A stretch of 64,000 bases of DNA from an uncultured Bacteroidales bacterium (GTDB lineage Bacteria; Bacteroidota; Bacteroidia; Bacteroidales; UBA932): NCBI GenBank assembly GCA_944322565.1, contig CALUPG010000002.1, forward strand, positions 208,522 to 272,521. Reading direction: 5' to 3'. Within the stretch, counting starts at the first letter, position 1. The number at the start of each line of letters is the position of its first letter. Made by a program: the position numbers and the translations under genes. Positions 10,709-19,828 of this stretch are shown here, piece after piece. The notes under the pieces were generated by a model. It had not been told where the DNA came from. It made no database searches and saw only the letters and a program-made list of their open reading frames with translations.

Positions 10709-11488
10709 ATGGATTTGACTTTGAAAGTATGGCGTCAGAAAAACGCCAAGACGAAAGGAAAATTTGAAACATATAAGGTCAAGAACATATCTCCGGACAG
10801 TTCTTTCCTTGAGATGCTCGATATCCTTAATGAACAGCTCATCCATAAAGGTATGGATCCGGTAGCTGTCGACAGGGGATGCGAGAGCAGTGGTCCCGTA
10901 TCATTTGACCATGACTGCCGTGAGGGCATATGCGGAGCATGTTCGCTCTATATCAACGGAAGGGCTCATGGACCTGACGATGAAGTGACTACATGCCAGC
11001 TTCACATGCGTAAGTTCAAAGACGGTGACACTATTACCATAGAGCCGTGGAGGAGTAATGTATTTCCTGTAATCAAGGATCTTGTTGTAGACCGCAGGGC
11101 TTTTGACAAGATTATGCAGGCCGGTGGTTATGTTTCAGTCAATGTAGGAGGTGTCCCTGACGGAAATGTCATTCCTATTTCCCATGAAACAGCGGAAGAA
11201 AGCATGGATGCTGCTGCATGCATCGGCTGCGGTGCCTGTGTTGCAACATGCAAGAACGGCTCGGCAATGCTCTTTGTGGCTGCCCGCGTAAGTTCACTTG
11301 CCCTTCTTCCTCAGGGAAGAGTCGAGGCTGCAAAGCGCGCCAAGGCAATGGTTGCCAAGATGGACGAACTTGGCTTCGGTTCATGTACGAATACCCGTGC
11401 CTGCGAGATGGAATGTCCTAAACATGTGACAATCTCCCATATTGCAAGACTTAACAGGGAATTTATTTCCGCCAAGTTCAAGGAGTAG
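10709..11488 (+). CDS. sdhB: Succinate dehydrogenase/fumarate reductase iron-sulfur subunit
   Basis: [13 protein letters not shown] (2Fe-2S), [11 protein letters not shown] and [12 protein letters not shown]. Confidence 0.96.
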   Translation: MDLTLKVWRQKNAKTKGKFETYKVKNISPDSSFLEMLDILNEQLIHKGMDPVAVDRGCESSGPVSFDHDCREGICGACSLYINGRAHGPDDEVTTCQLHMRKFKDGDTITIEPWRSNVFPVIKDLVVDRRAFDKIMQAGGYVSVNVGGVPDGNVIPISHETAEESMDAAACIGCGACVATCKNGSAMLFVAARVSSLALLPQGRVEAAKRAKAMVAKMDELGFGSCTNTRACEMECPKHVTISHIARLNREFISAKFKE

Positions 11489-11491
11489 GGG

Positions 11492-12673
11492 TTACCATAG
11501 GAAATTATTGAAAGGGTAGCGTCCTGCATGGATTTCAGCTACCATTTTATACAGGTCGGCACGGAGTTTATCCATGCCGATCTTGTTTTTTGCTGAAATA
11601 AAGATGCACGGAGTATTTTCCTTTGCAATCCAGCTTCTCTTGAACTCTTCAAGTGTGTAATTTTCCTGTTTTTTCGGCTCAAGGGAAAACTCGTCATATT
11701 CTTCGTATCTGTATGCATCTATTTTGTTGAAAACGACGAATACGGGCTTTTCTGCGGCATTTATGTCTTTCAGTGTCTGTTCCACCACATGCATCTGCTC
11801 CTCAAAGTTGGGATGCGATATATCCACTACATGCATGAGTATGTCTGCTTCACGGACTTCGTCAAGAGTACTTTTGAATGCTTCCACAAGTTGAGTCGGA
11901 AGCTTGCGTATGAATCCAACTGTATCACTCAGAAGAAACGGAACGTTTTCAATCACGACTTTCCTGACTGTGGTGTCAAGTGTTGCAAACAGTTTGTTTT
12001 CAGCAAATACGTCACTTTTTGCAAGCAGGTTCATCAGGGTACTTTTGCCGACATTGGTATATCCTACCAGTGAAATCCTTACAAGAGAGCCTCTGTTTCC
12101 CCTTTGTGAGGCCATCTGCTTGTCTATTTTCTTGAGCTGTTCCTTGAGTTTTGCTATTTTGTCCTGGATGATACGCCTGTCTGTTTCTATCTGTGTTTCA
12201 CCTGGTCCCCTCATTCCTATTCCTCCCTTCTGTCTCTCGAGATGCGTCCACATTCTTGTCAGACGCGGAAGAAGGTATTGGTATTGGGCAAGTTCAACCT
12301 GTGTTTTAGCATAGGCTGTCTTTGCTCTCTGTGCAAATATGTCCAAAATCAGGTTTGTCCTGTCCAGTATCCTGCAGTTCAGCTCCCTCTCTATGTTCCT
12401 CAGCTGGGTAGGGGAGAGTTCATCGTCAAATATGGCCACATCAGTGCCGTTATCATTGATGAAATTCTTGATTTCACCAAGTTTTCCGCTTCTGATATAT
12501 GTGCGGCTGTCGGGTTTGTCAACTTTCTGGATGAATCTTTTCTGTCCTTCAGCACCTGCTGTCTCAGCAAGAAATTCAAGTTCATCCAGATATTCAAGTA
12601 TCTGTCTTTCATCGTCATTCTGTTTTATTACACCGATGAAGACTGCCTTTTCTCTATACCTCTCTTCACTCAT
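11492..12673 (-). CDS. hflX: GTPase HflX
   Basis: GPGETQIETDRR, GYTNVGKST, FATLD, DTVGF and NKID. Confidence 0.97.
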   Translation of the reverse strand: MSEERYREKAVFIGVIKQNDDERQILEYLDELEFLAETAGAEGQKRFIQKVDKPDSRTYIRSGKLGEIKNFINDNGTDVAIFDDELSPTQLRNIERELNCRILDRTNLILDIFAQRAKTAYAKTQVELAQYQYLLPRLTRMWTHLERQKGGIGMRGPGETQIETDRRIIQDKIAKLKEQLKKIDKQMASQRGNRGSLVRISLVGYTNVGKSTLMNLLAKSDVFAENKLFATLDTTVRKVVIENVPFLLSDTVGFIRKLPTQLVEAFKSTLDEVREADILMHVVDISHPNFEEQMHVVEQTLKDINAAEKPVFVVFNKIDAYRYEEYDEFSLEPKKQENYTLEEFKRSWIAKENTPCIFISAKNKIGMDKLRADLYKMVAEIHAGRYPFNNFLW

Positions 12674-12704
12674 CCTTAAGTCATTTTAGTCATTTGATTT
12701 CCGA

Positions 12705-12740
12705 CAAAAATAAGGATGACTCGTCTGAGCCATCCTTATT
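12705..12740 (-). terminator. Intrinsic terminator after tonB
   Basis: AATAAGGATG/CATCCTTATT stem followed by a T run on the minus strand. Confidence 0.65.
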
Positions 12741-12772
12741 GATTGGTATGTCCTGTCGGATATGGCGGCACT

Positions 12773-13468
12773 TTATCTCAACTGGAAGATAACAGGGAAT
12801 GTGTAGGTAACCTTTACCGCACGGTCTCTCTGCTTTCCTGGAGTCCATTTTGGTGACATTGACACTACTCTCACTGCCTCTTTGTCAAGCGAAGGGTCTA
12901 CTCCACGGAGAACTTTCACATTGCTTACAGTACCGTCTGTGTTCACTGTAAACTGGAGGGTTACCCTTCCCTGTACTCCATTTTCCTTTGCAATTTCAGG
13001 GTATACGAGTCTTTCGTTCACCCATTTTGAAAATGCGTTGGCGTCACCGCCCATAAACGAAGGCTTCTCTTCAACAAGCATGAAAGGAATGGCTTCTTCT
13101 TCCACAACTTCTTCCTCTACTGTTTCAACATAGTCCATGATTTCAACTCCCATGTCTGCCTGATCCTCAAGGTTGAGGAAAAGGTCATCATCAACCTGAA
13201 TCTCATCATCCACGATATCAATCTGGTCTGAAAGAACTGGGATTGATGGTGCAGATGGAGGAGGAGGAGGGGTTTCCTGTGTAATCGGAACCATCTCTTC
13301 TGTCTCTACAATCTGTGTGGTTTCCTGAAGTGCCTCTACAGTTTGCTTCTCCTTTGTGGTCCACTCAAAGGCATACCATACTATGCCAAGTGAAATAATG
13401 AGACCGATTTCAAGGAAGAGCAGCTTCTTGTTTTCAAGATTGGCTTTTTCTGATTTCTTAACTTCCAT
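12773..13468 (-). CDS. tonB: Energy transducer TonB
   Basis: N-terminal TM helix, Pro-rich linker (PPPPPSAP) and TonB C-domain (YPEIAKENGVQGRV...FTVNTDG). Confidence 0.92.
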   Translation of the reverse strand: MEVKKSEKANLENKKLLFLEIGLIISLGIVWYAFEWTTKEKQTVEALQETTQIVETEEMVPITQETPPPPPSAPSIPVLSDQIDIVDDEIQVDDDLFLNLEDQADMGVEIMDYVETVEEEVVEEEAIPFMLVEEKPSFMGGDANAFSKWVNERLVYPEIAKENGVQGRVTLQFTVNTDGTVSNVKVLRGVDPSLDKEAVRVVSMSPKWTPGKQRDRAVKVTYTFPVIFQLR

Positions 13469-13573
13469 ATTACTTGTGTTTTATTTTCCATTTTGCCCGG
13501 TAAAGTTAGAAATAATAATTATTAAATCATAATTTTTTCTTTATATGTTGTAGATTTGCGGAAAATTTATAGC

Positions 13574-13993
13574 ATGGTATCATTTTACTTTGAGGACATA
13601 AAGTTTGTGTTCAGGCAGAAAACTTTGACGCGAAAATGGCTTAAACTCGTGGCTGAAAGTGAGATATGCCGCATTGGCGATATTTCTGTAATTTTCTGTT
13701 CTGATAATTACATTCTTGACATAAATCAGAAATATTTGGGACATGACTATTTTACGGACATCATTACCTTCGATTACCGGGAAGGTGACCGTCTTTCCGG
13801 AGATCTTTTCATAAGTGTTGACAGTGTACGTGAAAATTCGATTGAGTTCTGCACCTCTTTCAATGACGAGCTCAACCGTGTCATTGTCCACGGACTTCTT
13901 CATATTATAGGGTATGATGACCATACTGATGAGGATATCAAGGTCATGAGGTCAAAGGAAAATTATTATCTTTCATTGAGGGAACTTCTTTAG
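13574..13993 (+). CDS. ybeY: rRNA maturation endoribonuclease YbeY
   Basis: TDIITFDY and [12 protein letters not shown] metal motif. TAGATTTG -7 box at 13551. Confidence 0.95.
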   Translation: MVSFYFEDIKFVFRQKTLTRKWLKLVAESEICRIGDISVIFCSDNYILDINQKYLGHDYFTDIITFDYREGDRLSGDLFISVDSVRENSIEFCTSFNDELNRVIVHGLLHIIGYDDHTDEDIKVMRSKENYYLSLRELL

Positions 13994-13998
13994 CAGGT

Positions 13999-16080
13999 AT
14001 GGGCGGAATAAATTATGATATTATTGTAGTTGGAGGAGGCCATGCGGGTTGTGAGGCAGCGATGGCGGCGGCAAAGATGGGGTCTTCGGTGCTTCTTGTC
14101 ACAATGGACATGGGAAGGTTTGCCCAGATGTCGTGCAATCCTGCAGTAGGAGGTATTGCAAAAGGACAGATTGTCCGTGAGATTGACGCGCTCGGTGGTT
14201 ATACCGGCATTGTCACTGATGCATCTACGCTCCAGTTCAGGATGCTCAACAGGTCAAAAGGACCGGCCATGTGGAGTCCCCGTGCCCAATGCGACAAAAT
14301 GCATTTTAGCCTGAATTGGCGAAAATTGCTTGAAAGTAATTGTAAATTAGATATTTATCAAGATTCTGCAATTGATTTTCTTTTTGATGGTTCGCGTATT
14401 TCAGGGATTTGTACGACTACCGGTGCAATATTCAAATCTCAGGCAGTTATTCTTACTGCCGGGACTTTCCTTGACGGCCGTCTTTTCATCGGTAGGAACA
14501 GTTTTGAGGGAGGAAGGATAGGGGAGTTGTCATCACATGGACTTACCTCCCGTCTTGTCGAGATGGGAATAAGGACTGCGCGAATGAAGACAGGGACTCC
14601 TCCGCGAATTGACATCTCATCAGTTGACATATCCGGGTTACCTGTACAGGAAGGAGATTCTGAACCGGACAAATTTTCATACCTTCCTTTTCTGTCCACA
14701 GCCCAGAACGGAACTCCGCAGATGCCGTGCTATATTCTTCATACCAATCCTGAAGTTCATGATACCCTGCGCTCAGGATTCAAGGATTCACCGCTTTTTT
14801 CAGGAAAAATCACAGGCATAGGCCCAAGGTATTGTCCGAGTATAGAGGACAAGCTCCGTACTTTTGCTGACAAGGATTCACATCAGCTTTTCCTTGAGCC
14901 TGAAGGCAGATCAACCGGAGAATACTATCTTCAGGGATTTTCATCATCCCTTCCTCTTGAAGTTCAGATTGATGCTCTGCACAAGATAAAAGGTCTTGAA
15001 AATGTCAGGATATTCAGGCCGGCCTATGCAGTAGAATATGATTATTTTGACCCGACTCAGTTGAAGCCGACGCTTGAACTAAAGTCTATAGAAAATCTTT
15101 TCTTTGCTGGTCAGGTAAACGGTACTACAGGTTATGAGGAAGCTGCAGCCCAGGGGCTGATGGCCGGTATCAACGCTCATCTTAAAGTTAAGGGAAAAGA
15201 GCCGTTTGTCCTCAAGAGGGACCAGGCATATATCGGAGTTCTGATAGATGACCTGATAACCAAAGGTGTTGATGAACCATACAGGATGTTTACTTCCCGG
15301 GCTGAATACAGGATTCTTCTCAGACAGGACAATGCCGACATGAGGCTCACGCCCTTGTCATATAATATAGGTCTGGCTGACAAGTTCAGGTATGAATATA
15401 CAATGAAAAAATATGATTCTATATCCGGCCTCAATACTTTCTTCTCAGAAGTGTCGATTCATCCAGATATAGTCAACAGTTATCTTGCATCAGTGGATAC
15501 GGCTGCAATAGACTCCAAGAAGAAAATTTCAGACCTGGTAATAAGACCTCAAGTAAAATTATCGGATATATTTAATTTTGTTCCACGTGGAACTTTTCAA
15601 AGAAAAGGAATCGATATAGATGAAATTTTTTCCAGTCCATTGAAGAATATCTTTGGTGATATGAGATATAATGATATTCTTGCAAATATGGATTGTACCT
15701 GCTGTCATTCTGATTCTGCGTTGAATGGAGCCGTAAGTGTTTTGAAAAATAATACGGACTACCCTTTGTCAGAAATTAATGATGTCGATATGGACAGTCG
15801 TATTTTGAATATCTGCAGAAGAGAGATTCTAGAATCTTGTGAGATATCCATAAAATATAAAGGTTATATTGAAAGGGAACAAAAAATGGCGGACAAGATA
15901 ATGCGGCTTGAAAATCTTGCTATACCTGAGGATTTTGATTTTGATAAGGTGGAAAGCCTTTCGATTGAATGCCGTCAGAAACTCAAAAAATATTCCCCGA
16001 GGACCATTGCCCAGGCCTCGAGGATTTCCGGTGTCTCTCCTGCCGACATATCTGTGCTTCTTGTTTATTTTGGCAGATGA
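13999..16080 (+). CDS. mnmG: tRNA U34 modification enzyme MnmG (GidA), with a ~70-aa insertion
   Basis: [50 protein letters not shown] and SRAEYR. Confidence 0.97.
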   Translation: MGGINYDIIVVGGGHAGCEAAMAAAKMGSSVLLVTMDMGRFAQMSCNPAVGGIAKGQIVREIDALGGYTGIVTDASTLQFRMLNRSKGPAMWSPRAQCDKMHFSLNWRKLLESNCKLDIYQDSAIDFLFDGSRISGICTTTGAIFKSQAVILTAGTFLDGRLFIGRNSFEGGRIGELSSHGLTSRLVEMGIRTARMKTGTPPRIDISSVDISGLPVQEGDSEPDKFSYLPFLSTAQNGTPQMPCYILHTNPEVHDTLRSGFKDSPLFSGKITGIGPRYCPSIEDKLRTFADKDSHQLFLEPEGRSTGEYYLQGFSSSLPLEVQIDALHKIKGLENVRIFRPAYAVEYDYFDPTQLKPTLELKSIENLFFAGQVNGTTGYEEAAAQGLMAGINAHLKVKGKEPFVLKRDQAYIGVLIDDLITKGVDEPYRMFTSRAEYRILLRQDNADMRLTPLSYNIGLADKFRYEYTMKKYDSISGLNTFFSEVSIHPDIVNSYLASVDTAAIDSKKKISDLVIRPQVKLSDIFNFVPRGTFQRKGIDIDEIFSSPLKNIFGDMRYNDILANMDCTCCHSDSALNGAVSVLKNNTDYPLSEINDVDMDSRILNICRREILESCEISIKYKGYIEREQKMADKIMRLENLAIPEDFDFDKVESLSIECRQKLKKYSPRTIAQASRISGVSPADISVLLVYFGR
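15579..15594. promoter_or_regulatory. parS site (ParB-binding palindrome) inside mnmG
   Basis: TGTTCCACGTGGAACT, with a perfect 14-bp palindromic core matching the parS consensus. Confidence 0.85.
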
Positions 16081-16110
16081 GCAGGGATTCAGGCAGGGAT
16101 ATTATCGGAT

Positions 16111-16323
16111 TTATTTCCTTTTGATAATGATGGTGATTACTCGTACTAATCCGTACAAGAATAGAATCCACCATATAATCTGATTGAACAAGGGCATTTC
16201 TGCTATGTCATTCTGTGAATATCCGAGATATAGGAAAATGCCTGAGAATACCATAATGAGGAGTGGAACAAGGAGTTTTATCATCCAGTGCATTCCTCTT
16301 TTTTTATTTTCTTGTGTTTCCAT
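16111..16323 (-). CDS. Small two-TM membrane protein, unknown function
   Basis: 70 aa with two hydrophobic helices and a basic C-terminus. Co-oriented downstream of ruvA and fills the gap to mnmG. Confidence 0.65.
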   Translation of the reverse strand: METQENKKRGMHWMIKLLVPLLIMVFSGIFLYLGYSQNDIAEMPLFNQIIWWILFLYGLVRVITIIIKRK

Positions 16324-16332
16324 GATTAATAT

Positions 16333-16348
16333 TGTTCCACGTGGAACC
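16333..16348. promoter_or_regulatory. parS site, intergenic
   Basis: TGTTCCACGTGGAACC between the ruvA stop and the small ORF start. Confidence 0.88.
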
Positions 16349-16349
16349 T

Positions 16350-16937
16350 TTATAGTTTTTTAAGAGCGAATTTGATGATAGATTCAAGGCTGGCCTCAGG
16401 ATTTTCTTTCATCACAGCGGATACTGCTTTATTTACATTGGCTTTGGTGAAACCAAGCAATACAAGTGCTGTTACAGCCTCTTCAGCTATTGCGTTGTTC
16501 TGTTGAGTGAGCATCAGTCCGGATTCGTTGCCGCTGCCTTTGACAATCTTGTCTTTCAGTTCAAGAATAAGTCTCTGGGCGCTTTTGAGACCGATGCCCT
16601 TTATGCTTTTTATCCTGTTGATGTCTTCGGCTATTATTGCGTTCCGGATTTCTTCAGATGACATTGAGGAGAGCATCATCCTTGCTGTGGCTGCGCCTAT
16701 TCCTGATACTCCTATCAGTAGTCTGAAAAGTTCCCGTTCCTCTTTGGTTCCGAAACCATAATAGAGTTCTTCATCCTCTCGAATGTAATGGTGAATGTAT
16801 ACCTTCACATCCTTTTTGTTTTCCAGCTGGCTGAATGTCTGCAGGGAAATCAGGATGTGATAACCTATTCCGCAACATTCAACAACAGCATCAGCGGGGG
16901 TAAGCTCTGCAATTTCACCTTTTATATATTCTATCAT
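16350..16937 (-). CDS. ruvA: Holliday junction DNA-binding protein RuvA
   Basis: MIEYIKG, GIGY, LIGVSGIG and IKGIGLKSAQRLILELKDK HhH motifs, and C-terminal ALVLLGF. Confidence 0.97.
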   Translation of the reverse strand: MIEYIKGEIAELTPADAVVECCGIGYHILISLQTFSQLENKKDVKVYIHHYIREDEELYYGFGTKEERELFRLLIGVSGIGAATARMMLSSMSSEEIRNAIIAEDINRIKSIKGIGLKSAQRLILELKDKIVKGSGNESGLMLTQQNNAIAEEAVTALVLLGFTKANVNKAVSAVMKENPEASLESIIKFALKKL

Positions 16938-17078
16938 TTGAGTATGGCGTTTATATTGGGCAAAATTATTAAAAAAATAATTATCATTTTAAAAATCATT
17001 TCCTCTGATGCCAACTGATTATAGTTTTTGTTAAATTTGCACGCTTAACAGGTGGTTGGTATCAATAGATTGTTGATT

Positions 17079-18332
17079 ATGGATGTATCAGAAGTAAGGC
17101 AGTTGTTTCCGGCATTGGAGCGTAAGGTGTACGGCAAGCCTTTAGTATATTTTGACAATGCCGCCACTGTGCAGCGTCCGCAGCAGGTCATGGATGAGTG
17201 GCTGAGGATGACTTCGGTCTGCAATGCCAATATTCACCGGGCGGTCCATCTTCTTGCAGAAGAAGCCACAGCTTCATACGAGGATGCAAGGGAGGCTGTG
17301 GCGAGGTTCATCAATGCTCCAGACAAGAGTCAGATAATATTTACTTCAGGCGTCACGGCATCAATCAATCTTGTGGCGTTTTCTTTCGGCGAGGCATTTG
17401 TATCAGAAAATGATGAGGTGATAGTGACCCAGGCCGAACATCATTCCAATATAGTTCCTTGGCAGATGATGTGTCAAAGGAAAAAGGCAATACTCAAGGT
17501 GTTGCCCGTTGATGAAAATGGACATCTAAGGACCGACATGCTTGAGCAGCTTCTTACGGACCGGACAAGGATTGTTGCAGTGACACATATTTCCAATGTT
17601 CTCGGAATAGTCAATCCGATAAAGGAAATAATAGGGATATGCCACAGGTACAATGTGCCTGTGCTTGTGGACGGGGCCCAGGGAATAGTTCACAGCAAGG
17701 TAGATGTTCAGGATCTGGACTGTGACTTTTATGCTTTTTCCGGACATAAGGTATATGCGGCCACAGGCACAGGAGTACTGTACGGGAAGAAGAACCTGCT
17801 TGATGCTATGCCTCCTTATATGGGAGGCGGGGAGATGGTAGGGACAGTTAAATTCAGTGCCACCACCTATGCTCCGGTACCGCTCAAGTTTGAGGCGGGA
17901 ACACAGAATATTGCAGGCGCTTCAACTTTGAAGCCCGCTCTGGAGCTCGCGACAAAGTTGAATTCTGACCCCTCTTTGGCGGAATATACGGACAATGTGC
18001 GTGACTTTCTTCTGTATTCACTTATGTCAGATGACCGTATCCGTCTCTATGGTATACCGGCAGGTAGTAAAAATGATGACTGCGGCAAATCTCAGGAAGA
18101 AAAGATACCTCTCTTCTCATTCTCTGTGAGAGGAGTACATCACGAAGATCTTGCATTGGTTCTTGACAAGATGGGAATAGCCGTAAGATCAGGGCAGATG
18201 TGTGCAGAGCCGCTGATGGACAGATATGGGGTGACAGGTATGCTGCGTGCTTCACTTGCTCCTTACAATACAATGGAAGAGGCAGAATATTTTATAAAAT
18301 GCCTTGACAAGGCAATAAAAATGTTGAATTAG
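17079..18332 (+). CDS. sufS: Cysteine desulfurase, SufS (group II)
   Basis: YFDNAAT, EHHSN, VDGAQ, SGHK (PLP Lys), FEAGT and RSGQMCA. Confidence 0.93.
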   Translation: MDVSEVRQLFPALERKVYGKPLVYFDNAATVQRPQQVMDEWLRMTSVCNANIHRAVHLLAEEATASYEDAREAVARFINAPDKSQIIFTSGVTASINLVAFSFGEAFVSENDEVIVTQAEHHSNIVPWQMMCQRKKAILKVLPVDENGHLRTDMLEQLLTDRTRIVAVTHISNVLGIVNPIKEIIGICHRYNVPVLVDGAQGIVHSKVDVQDLDCDFYAFSGHKVYAATGTGVLYGKKNLLDAMPPYMGGGEMVGTVKFSATTYAPVPLKFEAGTQNIAGASTLKPALELATKLNSDPSLAEYTDNVRDFLLYSLMSDDRIRLYGIPAGSKNDDCGKSQEEKIPLFSFSVRGVHHEDLALVLDKMGIAVRSGQMCAEPLMDRYGVTGMLRASLAPYNTMEEAEYFIKCLDKAIKMLN

Positions 18333-18358
18333 CGGAAAATGTCAATTGGCTGAAATTA

Positions 18359-18787
18359 ATGGCTGATAATATGGAAAAATCTTTAAAAGATATTGAAAAT
18401 GAGGTAGTTGATGAGTTTTCAATGTTTGACGAGTGGCTTGACAAATATGAGTATCTCATCGAACTCGGGAAATCTCTCAATAATTATCCTGATTCGAAAA
18501 AAACCGATGATAAACTTATAAAAGGTTGTCAATCAAGAGTATGGCTTGACTCTAAAGTTGAGGATGGCAAGATTTTCTTCAATGCCGACAGCGATGCCAT
18601 CATAACAAAGGGGATAATATCACTGCTCATCAAGATATATTCAGGGCGGACACCCGAAGAGATTCTGTCGTCGGATTTTTCTGTGGCGGACAGGATAGGG
18701 CTTAAGGAGAATCTTTCTCCTACAAGGGCAAACGGTCTTGTTTCCATGATAGCCAAAATCAGGGAGACGGCTGCGGAAAACAGATGA
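18359..18787 (+). CDS. sufE: SufE sulfur acceptor
   Basis: KYEYLIELGK, IKGCQSRVW, DSDAIITKG and LSPTRANG. Confidence 0.93.
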   Translation: MADNMEKSLKDIENEVVDEFSMFDEWLDKYEYLIELGKSLNNYPDSKKTDDKLIKGCQSRVWLDSKVEDGKIFFNADSDAIITKGIISLLIKIYSGRTPEEILSSDFSVADRIGLKENLSPTRANGLVSMIAKIRETAAENR

Positions 18788-18818
18788 TGTGTCCTCATTT
18801 CTATGAAATCAGGCGGCT

Positions 18819-19196
18819 ATGGATTTGAAGAGCATGTTCAGAAGACGCAAGTCTGGACTATTGGAAAATGAAACAGAAAAGGAGAGGCTTATGGCATTGG
18901 AAAGAGATATAATTATGGCATTGAGGCAGGTCTATGATCCTGAAATACCTGTCAATATATATGATCTCGGGCTGATTTATGAACTGAAGGTCGATCAGGG
19001 GCATAATGTCTATATACAGATGACTCTCACTGCACCGAATTGTCCTATGGCGGATTATGTGGTGGATGCTGTCAGGGCTGCTGTTGAGGATGTGCCCGGA
19101 GTCGTGAGCGCAAAGATTGAACTTGTGTTCGAGCCTGTATGGGACAAGAGCAGGATGTCTGAGGAGGCGCTTGTGGAACTCGGTCTCGATGAATAG
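18819..19196 (+). CDS. Fe-S cluster assembly protein (DUF59/SufT-like)
   Basis: VYDPEIPVNIYDLGLIY, MTLTAPNCP and W...RMSEEA. Confidence 0.88.
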   Translation: MDLKSMFRRRKSGLLENETEKERLMALERDIIMALRQVYDPEIPVNIYDLGLIYELKVDQGHNVYIQMTLTAPNCPMADYVVDAVRAAVEDVPGVVSAKIELVFEPVWDKSRMSEEALVELGLDE

Positions 19197-19210
19197 CTGT
19201 GCTTTTCCGT

Positions 19211-19690
19211 ATGGAAGAATATCTTCTGTATCTGGCTCTCGGCTCCAATATCGGAGACAGGAAAGGAAACATCATTGAGGCTCTTGCTCGTCTTGACAAG
19301 GCTTTAGGCTGTCATTATGATGCTGTTTCCGATTTGTTTGAGACTGATCCGTGGGGGTTTGAGGCGGATGAAAAATTCATGAATGCAGTTGTGCGTTATG
19401 TCATGTCAGTTCCACGGGGAACATCGGAATCTAAGGAATGTCTGAACGGTCATGCAGATGAAGCGAGAAAGATACTGCGGATATGCAAAGACATAGAGAC
19501 ATCCATGGGCCGGACGGAAAATGTTGAATACGGACCGGATGGGAAACGCATATATCATTCACGAATCATCGATATTGACATTCTTATGGCAGGGGACTGG
19601 AAGATTGATCTTCCCGAACTTAAAATCCCTCATCCGCTGATGCATGAAAGGGATTTCGTGATGGTCCCGCTAAGGCAGATTATGGAATAG
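19211..19690 (+). CDS. folK: 2-amino-4-hydroxy-6-hydroxymethyldihydropteridine diphosphokinase
   Basis: LALGSNIG, ETDPWG, FMNAVV, RIIDIDIL and IPHPLMHERDFV. Confidence 0.92.
   Translation: MEEYLLYLALGSNIGDRKGNIIEALARLDKALGCHYDAVSDLFETDPWGFEADEKFMNAVVRYVMSVPRGTSESKECLNGHADEARKILRICKDIETSMGRTENVEYGPDGKRIYHSRIIDIDILMAGDWKIDLPELKIPHPLMHERDFVMVPLRQIME
19408..19423. promoter_or_regulatory. Degenerate parS-like site inside folK
   Basis: AGTTCCACGGGGAACA, 14/16 match to TGTTCCACGTGGAACA. Confidence 0.55.
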
Positions 19691-19828
19691 ACGCACGGAT
19701 TGCATGAAAATTCATCATATTCCTTCTGCGACTTTGGAAGAATATTCTTAATTTTGCAGGTTGTGGCCGATAATGGGACTGCTGTTCAGTTCCATGGCAA
19801 AAATTATTTTTATAAAACAGATGCTATC

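Noticed and set aside
13820-13840. Additional parS-like sequence in ybeY (GTGTACGTGAAAAT)
   Set aside because: Too many mismatches and not palindromic.
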